This document shows positions 1 through 11,886 of a stretch of 19,889 bases of DNA, piece by piece. The first letter of the stretch is position 1. The number at the start of each line of letters is the position of its first letter. The DNA is from Tubiluchus corallicola (taxonomy: Eukaryota; Animalia; Priapulida). The stretch covers positions 1 to 19,889 of the forward strand of contig JAQGDQ010001941.1 of NCBI GenBank assembly GCA_030141605.1, read 5' to 3'. Position numbers and translations under genes: made by a program. Below the pieces are notes generated by a model that saw only the letters and a program-made list of their open reading frames with translations, made no database searches and was not told the origin of the DNA.

Positions 1-152
1 ACCTACCTACCTACGTACCTACCTACCTACCTACCTACCTACCTACCTACCTACCTACATACATACATACATACATACATACATACATACATACATACAT
101 ACATACATACATACATACGTACATACATACATACATACATACATACATACAC
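1..152. repeat. Compound tetranucleotide microsatellite (CCTA)n to (CATA)n
   Basis: Tandem ACCT to about 56, then ACAT to about 152; truncated by the window start. Confidence 0.97.
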
Positions 153-274
153 ACCCAGACAGAAAACATAAAAAACACAAGGCAGATCACTAAAAATACA
201 ATATACAAAGATACAATATGCAGAGGCATGAAACCCAATAAAAATCACCTTTAAAATGGTAAAATATATTTATT

Positions 275-608
275 TCATAAAGCAAAACATAGTTTATACC
301 AATTCGTCCTTTTAACTGTAATGTGATATGTAGAGCAAATATACAATTTATCTATTATATTATTAAGTATTTCTGCCAGCCCGTATATAAAGGATGCTGT
401 TATCGTTCGTATAAGAATATCATAGTTAGGAATATTAAAATTTATAAATTTTTCACTTATACTGCATCTTCCCAAAATTTTGAGGAGCCTACGAAATGCA
501 TTATTGAGCCACCTTTAAAAAAGTGTAGTTGTATTGGAAAATGTTACACCACAGGGCGCATGCGTAATATTGACACGCATACGATTTGAACATCATTATT
601 TTCGTATT
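275..608 (-). pseudogene. Decayed C-terminal fragment of a non-LTR retrotransposon ORF (RTE-X-like)
   Basis: Minus-strand translation NTKIMMFKSYACQYYACALWCNIFQYNYTFLKVA / (1-nt frameshift near 502) / NNAFRRLLKILGRCSISEKFINFNIPNYDILIR...W..L* resembles the post-RT region I recall from RTE-X-type LINEs (K..LFK.YC...Y.C.LW....LRVAYNNAFR.L..L.R.CS.S.MF....IP). It joins track ORFs 501..701 and 275..475. Confidence 0.6.
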
Positions 609-714
609 GCGTATTGCGTACATAAGCAACATATTGCGTACATTCAAATATGTGGAAATGTCTCGAAATATTGGGCGAATTTGGATTGACTCCATGGTCA
701 AAATTCATCGCCTT

Positions 715-1498
715 GTGTGAATTTCGATTTGAGTCTGTTGAACACTTTTTGTTGCACTGCCCATTGTATCAACTAGCTAGTTGGTTGTTATATTTGATAA
801 ATTAAATGAAATGCTTCTGCCTGAAAACTTAATATAGCTGCCTTAGGAATTAATGATCTGTTGAAGTTGTTATTATTCGGAAAAGATGAATTTAACTATG
901 TTGCTAACTGTAAAATATTCCAATGCATACATGACTTTATATTACGTACTAAACGCTTCCAGTAGTTTCTATCTGGTATAAAATGCATCAGTCTTAAATA
1001 ATCGTACATTAATATTTTCTAACCGTAATTTTCTACTAATGACTAATGTAATCTTGTAGTAAAACTCGTCAGCTTGTGTAGTTATAGTCAATTCTTACTG
1101 TAAATGTTACTAATATCTAATGTAATCTTGTAGTAAAACTTGTCAGCTTGTGTGGTTATAGTCAATTCTTACTGTAAATGTTATTAATGTCTAATGTATT
1201 CTTGTAGTAAAACTTGTCAGCCTGTGTAGTTATAGTCTGTTCTTACTGTAAATGTTACTAATGTCTAATGTAATCTCGTAGTAAAACTTGTCAGCTTGTG
1301 TAGTTATAGTCAATTCTTACTGGAAATGTTACTAATGTCTAATGTAATCTTGTAGTAAAACTTATCAGCTTGTGCAGTTATAGTCTGTTCTTACTGTAAA
1401 TGTTCTTGTAAATAGTGTATAAAGTCTGCTGTAGTAAGGATCCTAAATCATATTGTTCAAACTGTCTGATCCAGTCCTAAATAAATTATGTTTAAACT
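715..1498 (+). mobile_element. 5'-truncated LINE 3' end (C-terminal Cys/His motif plus 3' UTR), copy 1; clade undetermined
   Basis: Encodes CEFRFESVEHFLLHCPLY from 716 and, after a frameshift, LLKLLLFGKDEFNYVANCKIFQCIHDFILRTKRFQ* (stop 963-965), a typical non-LTR ORF2 C-terminus. AATAAA near the 3' end. Flanked by a 13-bp TSD with one mismatch: AATTCATCGCCTT (702-714) and AATTAATCGCCTT (1499-1511). Positions 880-1500 are homologous to 18857-19190. Confidence 0.8.
1034..1404 (+). repeat. 74-bp tandem repeat (5 copies) inside the LINE 3' UTR
   Basis: AAAACT anchor recurs at 1061, 1135, 1209, 1283 and 1357 (period 74). Confidence 0.93.
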
Positions 1499-1950
1499 AA
1501 TTAATCGCCTTAATGACCTCTAGCGCTGTGGAAAGTTTCAAGTGTTTGAATCAAAATGAGCATATTTACACCATCCTGGTAGACTAAATACCCATTCATT
1601 TTAGTCAAATGACGGCCATTGTTTTTTGACGTCATAATTAGGTCATTTACAGTGCTCAAATTTTGGCCTAATTTGGACATGTTATTCTCTGGACCAAATA
1701 CTTCGACAAAACACGTTTTCTTGCATTTTCAGGGGTAGGGCTATTCTTTTCATTACAATGACCGGACAATGTGTACAAATGCGCAATGCGTGACACGTGA
1801 CGCGTGATCCGTATTTATTCTAACGTGGCCGCTATCGTCCGTCGCTATACGCATCATGTATTGCACGTACGAATCACGCAACAAACGCACGCGGAGTACT
1901 ACCTTTACACTTTAAACTTTGAGTGTAGTGTTTGAAGTCATGTCCATTTC

Positions 1951-2631
<681 letters not shown>

Positions 2632-3092
2632 ATTTAAAATGACATGTAGTAGGTAACTAGATGATTCAAGTGCATTCCAAGTCATAAAACATCATGAGCA
2701 TCCTCCAAGGACATGTTCCATTATAAACTTCAAAGTAATTGTGTTAGCTACACTTCCAGCATGACCTTGAACAAGGTCAGGTTGCGTCTATGCGCTTTGC
2801 CTTCGCTGATTTTGTTGAAAAATCTTCAAGATTTACATTCTGAAAACATAAAACTTAATTGTTCACACAAGACTTTAGACAGAGAAGCTTTACAAGATTC
2901 CCTGAAGTCTTAAATGAATGAGCGCCTGAGAGGATTGAACTACTCCAATTGTAAAGTGGAGTAGAGTGGACACAGCAAGTGGATTAGAGTGGATTAAAGT
3001 GGATTGAGTGGACACAGCAAGACCGGGTGATAAACGTTTTATTCTTGCTAACCCTTTGCAACAAGCCCTAAGATCTCCTACTACCATATACA

Positions 3093-3540
<448 letters not shown>

Positions 3541-3640
3541 CTTTATCTAAAGTCGGTTTTTGGGTCAACAATTAACATTAGCTCAAAGAGCTATTATCGC
3601 CGACTGTAAATAACAACCTACAACTACATAACAGAGACTA
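3541..3640 (-). mobile_element. Possible 3' terminus of a retroposon with a (TTA)n tail
   Basis: The minus strand ends ...CCGACTTTAGATAAAG(ATT)n. Nested stems AGTCGG (3551-3556)/CCGACT (3600-3605) and TAGCTC-AAA-GAGCTA (3579-3593) resemble LINE/SINE 3' stem-loops. Confidence 0.35.
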
Positions 3641-3723
3641 TTATTACCGCACTTTTACCCTAAATACCACGCGTCAGGCAGGGCAACAGCAGGCACCATT
3701 TGTTTTAAGGTACTAATGCGAAG

Positions 3724-4905
3724 GTACTAACAGTACAATCTGTATGTATTCTATTGTATAGTACTAATAGTACAGTCTGTCTGTACTCTATTGTATAGTA
3801 CTAATAGTACAGTCTGTCTGTACTCTATTGTATAGTACTAATAGTACAGTCTGTCTGTACTCTATTGTATAGTACTAATAGTACAGTCTGTCTGTACTCT
3901 ATTGTATAGTACTAACAGTACAGTCTGTCTGTACTCTATTGTATAGTACTAACAGTACAGTCTGTCTGTACTCTATTGTATAGTACTAATAGTACAGTCT
4001 GTCTGTACTCTATTGTATAGTACTAACAGTACAGTCTGTCTGTACTCTATTGTATAGTACTAACAGTACAGTCTGTCTGTACTCTATTGTATAGTACTAA
4101 CAGTACAGTCTGTCTGTACTCTATTGTATAGTACTAACAGTACAGTCTGTCTGTACTCTATTGTAGTACTAACAGTACAGTCTGTCTGTACTCTATTGTA
4201 TAGTACTAACAGTACAGTCTGTCTGTACTCATTGTATAGTACTAACAGTACAGTCTGTCTGTACTCTATTGTATAGTACTAACAGTACAGTCTGTCTGTA
4301 CTCTATTGTATAGTACTAACAGTACAGTCTGTCTGTACTCTATTGTATAGTACTAACAGTACAGTCTGTCTGTACTCTATTGTATAGTACTAACAGTACA
4401 GTCTGTCTGTACTCTATTGTATAGTACTAACAGTACAGTCTGTCTGTACTCTATTGTATAGTACTAACAGTACAGTCTGTCTGTACTCTATTGTATAGTA
4501 CTAATAGTACAGTCTGTCTGTACTCTATTGTATAGTACTAACAGTACAGTCTGTCTGTACTCTATTGTATAGTACTAATAGTACAGTCTGTCTGTACTCT
4601 ATTGTATAGTACTAATAGTACAGTCTGTCTGTACTCTATTGTATAGTACTAATAGTACAGTCTGTCTATACTCTATTGTATAGTACTAATAGTACAGTCT
4701 GTCTGTACTCTATTGTATAGTACTAACAGTACAGTCTGTCTGTACTCTATTGTATAGTACTAATAGTACAGTCTGTCTGTACTCTATTGTATAGTACTAA
4801 TAGTACAGTCTGTCTGTACTCTATTGTATAGTACTAATAGTACAGTCTGTCTATACTTTATTGTATAGTACTAATAGTACAGTCTGTCGATATTCCATTG
4901 TATAG
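3724..4905. repeat. 37-bp minisatellite, about 32 copies
   Basis: Unit GTACTAA(C/T)AGTACAGTCTGTCTGTACTCTATTGTATA, head-to-tail with no spacers; edge units diverged; two units carry small deletions near 4165 and 4230. Confidence 0.97.
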
Positions 4906-5089
4906 ACATGGCAAAAAGCTACAGTATGCATAGCTTGTTTTTTTCAGTGATATGAGTATCTAATTATCTAATTTCATCACCATAAAATCATTGTTTTTCA
5001 AAGTTTTGTATTAACGGTTTGTAAAGAGGGGCATAGACAAACTTCAGACGAGGAAAATAAAAGCATAAAGAACGTTTTAAACCCTGGAA

Positions 5090-5187
5090 GCAGGAAACAT
5101 ACTGACATAGCAGGAACATACTGACATAGCAGGAACATACTGACATAGCAGGAACATACTGACATAGCAGGAACAATCTGACATAGC
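5090..5187. repeat. 19-bp tandem repeat, about 5 copies
   Basis: Unit GCAGGAACATACTGACATA. Confidence 0.92.
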
Positions 5188-5573
5188 TGTTACAATGTAG
5201 AAGATTTTGTAGTTGTAGAGCACGTTGAAGAGCACTTTCCCGAAAATATACCTGAAATTTTGTCATATTATTTTTAAAATTCGTTTTTTAGTTAAATTAC
5301 AAATTAGCTAAAAATTACTGCAAACCTGTAGTGTAAAAACTGCTAAATTATGTACGATTATTGATCTTTTGGTTATTGGTATTTTTCTGGCATAAACCTT
5401 TTATTGTTTAGATGGAATGACGTGTTTTAGGAAAGAAAAGGCAAGAAGGAGCAAAATTTATTAATCAGAGCTTCGAATGTCAATTAGTTTTAAAATCACA
5501 AACACTTGGAATAAATAATTATAATTTGACAGGGGCTATCTGAAGATAAGAAAGATCGATTCTTACTTATGAC

Positions 5574-5975
5574 TAGGGGTGAGCATTCTCTACCTGAAAG
5601 CGAATTCGAATCGAACCGAATTTGTGACTTTCGAATTCGAGTCGAACCGAACTTCAGTGTTTCGAATTCGAACCGAATTGAGATTGAAAGATTTTCGAAC
5701 AAGTTTTCGAACGACCAGTAAAAATTAGTCTTACAAAGATCATGCGTATCACTCAATTTTGTTCTGCAATAAAACCACTAGTAATTTGTTTAAAATTGTG
5801 AGCAGAAATCACAGCCAAATTATGCTAATTGCATGATGTTTCAATCGTTTTAGTGATAAAGAACACGTGTGATTGGAATGCTGAATTATTCGAATCTATA
5901 GTTTTGGATTCGAATCGAGTTCGAACTAAAAAAAACTCGTTCGAATCGAATTCGAGCGTTCGATGCTCACCCCCA
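5574..5975. mobile_element. Non-autonomous hAT-superfamily DNA transposon (MITE), 402 bp
   Basis: TIRs TAGGGGTGAGCAT (5574-5586) and ATGCTCACCCCCA (5963-5975), 12/13 match. Perfect 8-bp TSD CTTATGAC (5566-5573 and 5976-5983). Clustered subterminal TTCGAA/CGAAT motifs at both ends. TAGGG termini with an 8-bp TSD are characteristic of hAT (Ac-like) elements. Confidence 0.9.
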
Positions 5976-6415
5976 CTTATGACCTGTTCTTACTTACTCA
6001 ACCATTTCCAGCACGGTTGCTAAATGGACCCCTATGTTCGGGTAAGCTAAATCAGATACAAGTCAGCTTTTCCAGGACCGCTGCTTAATTGTTGTTTAAC
6101 GTCAGGCTTTCAATAAATTGTTTATGCCGTGTTGATGCTGGTTATGCAACCGGGAGAAGCCAGATTGCTCCTGGGGCGCATACCTCCGTGGCTTCTGAGG
6201 ACAGTAATTTATTTTTGTTTAGATCATTTATTTGGCAATAAGTTCCCATCTGGTCTGGTTCAAAAGTTCCGTGCTTGTTTCCTTAAATGGTAGAGCAACT
6301 AAGTCGGTTTGAAATGAATGTAAAGAAGACTTTCGTGTTGGCTTCAATAATTAAGATACTGTAATTAGTATCAAAAATGTAAGAAAAATGGATTTGCAGT
6401 AACAGCAGCGATGTC

Positions 6416-7350
<935 letters not shown>

Positions 7351-7850
7351 GCAACAACGACCACGACAACAACAACAACAGTAACAACAATAACAACAAC
7401 AATAATGACAACAACAAAGACGACAACAGCAGCAACAAGAACAACCACTACCACCTCCATCACCACCACCACCACCACCACCACAACCACAACCGCCACG
7501 ACGACAACAACGACGGCGACGACAACAGCAACGACAACAGCAGCAGTAAGAACAATAACAACAACAAAGACGACAACAGCAGCAACAAGAACAACCACTA
7601 CTACCTCCATCACCATCACCATCACCACCAACACAACAACAACAACGACAATGACGACAACAACAACAGTAAGAACAATAACAACAACAATAATGACAAC
7701 AACAAAGACGACAACAGCAGCAACGAGAACAACCACTACCACCACCACCACGGCCACCACAACCACAACGACCACGACGACGACAACGACGACAACAACG
7801 ACGGCGACGACAACAACAACGACAACAGCGGCGACAACGACGACCACAAG
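7351..7850. repeat. (ACA/ACC/ACG)n cryptic trinucleotide tract with about 3 higher-order duplicated blocks
   Basis: Block ACAACAAAGACGACAACAGCAGCAAC(A/G)AGAACAACCACTAC recurs near 7411, 7561 and 7699. Confidence 0.85.
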
Positions 7851-8028
7851 GCAGCGATACCACATGTTAATTTAAATTGATCACAATACCACAAAGCTTT
7901 GGGAATAAAGATTAAATTATAATTGTGACAAAAACTCGAGCGAGAGAGAGATTTTCGTGAGAGAAAATTCTCACAGCAATATATCCGTTTCACTCCCCTG
8001 CTACTAAACACTCTAGTAATTTACTAGA

Positions 8029-8086
8029 CCTTGCGTGCGTCTACGTTTAACCTTGCGTGCGTCTACGTTTAACGTTGCGTGCGTTG
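8029..8086. repeat. 22-bp tandem repeat, about 2.6 copies
   Basis: Unit CCTTGCGTGCGTCTACGTTTAA. Confidence 0.8.
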
Positions 8087-8303
8087 TAATTGCTTTGGCC
8101 ATTATGATCCTATACACAAGCCCATAACTCATGCGTTGTTTCTAATCAGTTAATTAATGTTTTATATGTTGTCAGTAACATCTATACAGCTTCCATCCAT
8201 CTGTCTATGTATCTGTCGTGTGACTGCTATATTTGTTGCTAATGCAGCTTGTTTGCAGATCAATCAGTATAATCTAATTGATATGCATCCCTGCTTCTAT
8301 TCA

Positions 8304-8548
8304 GTGCAGCAACAACAACAGCGTATCGCTCCGCTTTCCTTTGGACTACACCAGGGAGGAAGAGAGGGGGTTCCTGTTGTCTGGGCAACTCAGGATCTCC
8401 ACACACCTTGCCCAGGCGTGCGCCCTGGAGACGTTCAAGGATCGAACTGCTCAGCCACAGTCGACGCTGCAGTTCCATCAATGTGATCAATAACTGACTC
8501 TCTTGGCGCACACTCCATTGTCTTCCGAGACAGAAGGATGCCAACCAA
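8304..8548 (+). mobile_element. Short non-autonomous (bipartite) RTE/BovB-like retroposon
   Basis: Perfect 14-bp TSD CCTGCTTCTATTCA (8290-8303 and 8549-8562). The 3' part encodes SRIELLSHSRRCSS...* (8435-8497), like the RTE ORF C-terminus SRIGL.SH.RRC. It is followed by a stem-loop TGTCT-TCCG-AGACA (8519-8532) and a (CCAA)2 tail. The GC-rich 5' part lacks the expected upstream CxxC. Confidence 0.75.
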
Positions 8549-8643
8549 CCTGCTTCTATTCAATGAAAATTTATCACACTGATTCTTTGCGATCTGAAAG
8601 CGTGCTAAAGAGGAAGCCAAGTTTGGTGTTTTTACTGCAAGTA

Positions 8644-9054
8644 ATGACGAACAACAATAACAATGACAAAGACAATGACAAAGACAACGACAGTGACAGT
8701 GACAGTGACAGTGACAGTGACAGTGACAGTGACAGTGACAGTGACAGTGACAGTGACAGTGACAGTGACAGTGACAGTGACAGTGACAGTGACAGTGACA
8801 GTGACAGTGACAGTGACAGTGACAGTGACAGTGACAGTGACAGAGACAGAGACAGAGACAGAGACAGAGACAGAGACAGAGACAGCGACAGCGACAGCGA
8901 CAGCGACAGCGGCAGCGGCAGCGACAGCGACAGCGACAATAACAATAACAATAACAATAACAATAACAATAACAATAACAATAACAATAACAATAACAAT
9001 AACAATAACAATAACAATAACAATAACAATAACAATAACAATAACAATAACATT

Positions 9055-9111
<57 letters not shown>

Positions 9112-9400
9112 AACATTGGCAATAACAAAAGCAATAACAACAACAACAATAAGAACAACAACAATAACAGTAACATTGACAAAAAACAGTAACAACAACG
9201 ACAACAATAACAACAACAACAACATCAACAACAATAACACTGACAATAACAACGACAACAATAACAGTAACATTGACAATAACAATAACAAGAACAACAA
9301 CGACAACAATAACAACAACAACAACGACAACAATAACACTGACAATAACAACAACAACAACAACAACATCAACAGCAATAACAATAACAACAACAATACT
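8644..9400. repeat. Compound microsatellite (GACAGT)n-(GACAGA)n-(GACAGC)n-(AACAAT)n-(AAC)n
   Basis: Visible directly. Confidence 0.96.
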
Positions 9401-9778
9401 GTAATGAACACGCATGGTGCTGTCGTTAATGCCAGTTTAAAATTAGCCCGTTTGTCAGGGATGCAGTCAGCTTCATAGACTTGACATTATCACTGAGTGC
9501 ATTACTATTTGTCCAGGTGTGAATCCTGTGCTCGCGTTACATATGTATACACCTTTCTATGATTTGTCCCTTGAGCTGCACATATGTTCCTTGTGCAGCA
9601 GGTCGTATTTATGGTTGCCATTTTATTATTTGCAGAAAGAGAATAAACTGCACGCTTAAAACTGCCATTTTACCCGGATGCGTTTTGACGTTTGCAAAAT
9701 AATAAAGCGGGCTTTGTGTACTTTATTGACAAACTTGCTGCTGCTCTGTAGGTGTCATTATTGTTTGATCTGATAACC

Positions 9779-9962
9779 GAGTCACATCATAGCTGTGGGG
9801 TATCACAGAAGCTGCAGTAACTTTTTATCAAGTGCAATTGACCAATAATGTTAGCTCTTTTTACTTGAGCTTGAGTCACATCATAGCTGTGGTGTATCAC
9901 AGTAGCTGCAGTAACTTTTATCAAGTGCAATTGACCAATAATGTTAGCTCTTTTTACTTGAG
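9779..9962. repeat. 94-bp tandem duplication (2 copies)
   Basis: GAGTCACATCATAGCTGTGG...TTTTTACTTGAG starts at 9779 and 9873, with a few substitutions or indels. Confidence 0.93.
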
Positions 9963-10052
9963 ATTCATTTACATCTGTACTCTTATTACATCTACAGCCA
10001 ATTATGTTCTGTACAAACTCTAACGTTTAAAGTAACTCGGTACTATTCAAAA

Positions 10053-10762
10053 TAGCCAGCCAATTGAAAGAATAACTGATCCAAAGAAGCCAGTTAAATC
10101 AAAGATTTATTAATCCAAGGAAGCCAGTTCAGTCAAAGATGAACTGATTCAAGGAAGCCAGGTAAATCAAAGATTAACTGATCCAAGGAAGCCAGGTAAA
10201 TCAAAGATTAACTGATCCAAAGAAGCCAGTTAAATCAAAGATTAACTGATCTAAGGAAGCCAGGTAAATCAAAGATGAACCGACCCAAGAAGGCCAAACA
10301 AATCAAAGATTAATTGATCCAAAGAAGCCTGATAAATCAAAGATTAATTGATCCAAGAAATCCAGGTAAATCAAAGATGAACCGATCCAAGAAGGCCAAA
10401 CAAATCAAAGATTAACTGATCCAAAGAAGCCTGATAAATCAAAGATGAACTGATCCAAGGAAGCCAGGTAAATCAAAGATTAACTGATCCAAAAAAGCCA
10501 GGTAAATCAAAGATGAACCGATCCAAGAAGGCCAAACAAATCAAAGATTAACTGATCCAAAGAAGCCTGATAAATCAAAGATTAACTGATCCAAGGAAGC
10601 CAGGTAAATCAAAAATGAACTGATCCAAGGAAGTCAGATAAATCAACGATTAACTGATCCAAGGAAGCCAGGTAAATCAAAGATTAACTGATCCAAGGAA
10701 GCCTGATAAATCAAAGATTAACTGATCCAAGGAAGCCAGATAAGTCAAAGATTAACTGATCC
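10053..10762. repeat. 34-bp minisatellite, about 21 copies, with variant monomers
   Basis: Unit AAGCCAGGTAAATCAAAGATTAACTGATCCAAGG (period 34, e.g. 10155 and 10189). Confidence 0.95.
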
Positions 10763-10926
10763 TTCTGTTTAAAAGTTGAAGAAATACTTGTCCTGTCAAT
10801 GCAATGTCAGAATTAGAATATTATGGTAACATGAGCAGGACCGGTCTACTTGAGTTTAAACTTAGATTTTCTGCACTATTCTAAACTGCATGACGCTTCA
10901 GACAGCTAGATTCAAGCTATAAATGA

Positions 10927-11059
<133 letters not shown>

Positions 11060-11171
11060 TACTTTTGTTTGTCACACATTTTGTTTGTGTTACCTTAATT
11101 CCGGAACTTTTCACTGCCGACTGAGTCTTCCCCTAAGACGTTTTTTCAGCGACAGAACAAAGGACACAGTT

Positions 11172-11518
11172 AAAGCCAGCATGTGACTGATCACGTGGCA
11201 TGACATGACTCGAACACAGTCACAGTGAGTTCTGAGCAAGTGTACTGTAAAGATTTGTGCTGTGGTTCTGTGACGCCATCTTATATGGCGCCGCCGTGAC
11301 AGTCTCGCAGGAGTATTTAAAACGAAAACAAACAGGAAATTCGTTTAACGTGAGTATGATAAACGCTTAAGTTTACCTCTAACCGTTATAATCCTTTAAC
11401 GAAAATTTTCCGAGACTTGCTTTGACTAGGCATTTTCTTGTCGTTTAAAATGGTTAATGTTTTGGTAAACTAACACAGCACAGCTACAAACCAGTTTTAA
11501 ACTGGAACAAGCAAGAAA
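11172..11518 (+). repeat. Dispersed ~345-bp repeat, copy 1 (probable non-autonomous transposon fragment)
   Basis: Highly similar to 16452-16893 in the same orientation; ends in the hairpin CCAGTTT-T-AAACTGG followed by AACAAGCAAGAAA. Confidence 0.85.
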
Positions 11519-11886
11519 AAATGAGTGCTGAAAGTACGAGATAAACAGCTCGTAGAAAATGTAATGTAAAAATTTGATTCGAGAGATACACAAGAAGATG
11601 ACACGAATAAATCAAGAGTAATGGACATGCCGACAACATGCTGAGGTCTTGTGTTCTTTAGATCTGTATCTTTGTCTGTCATTTATTCTAAAATGTAGAA
11701 CGCAGATTGAGATCTAAGTCGTCAATTATGCCGCAGTCTTTTTGATGTCTCTCAGCAGAAAGATTTTAATTACTTTTACCATGAAAAATGTTTTTCATTA
11801 AAGATACAAGTCTAACCAGTTTTGTTGGTTAAATTTTCGAGGAATCTAGAATGTAAAGGATCGACGTTGAACGGCAAGCAGATAAA

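Noticed and set aside
3724-4905. CRISPR array (37-bp palindromic repeat)
   Set aside because: Units are directly head-to-tail with no unique spacers, there are no cas genes, and the context is eukaryotic. The same applies to the 28-, 34- and 57-bp arrays.
6011-6046. 30-bp plus-strand micro-exon (TTTCCAG|...|GTAAGC)
   Set aside because: Splice-like motifs are common by chance and no partner exons are identifiable.
8503-9478. Ser-Asp repeat or Asn-rich protein (Sdr- or phosphophoryn-like)
   Set aside because: Pure hexamer and trimer microsatellites with invariant codons, open in many frames; no flanking domain.
11100-11160. Hammerhead ribozyme or Penelope-like end on the minus strand (CUGAAAA...GUCUU-AGGGG-AAGAC)
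   Set aside because: The core lacks CUGAnGA and the GAAA after stem II; only a small hairpin is supported.
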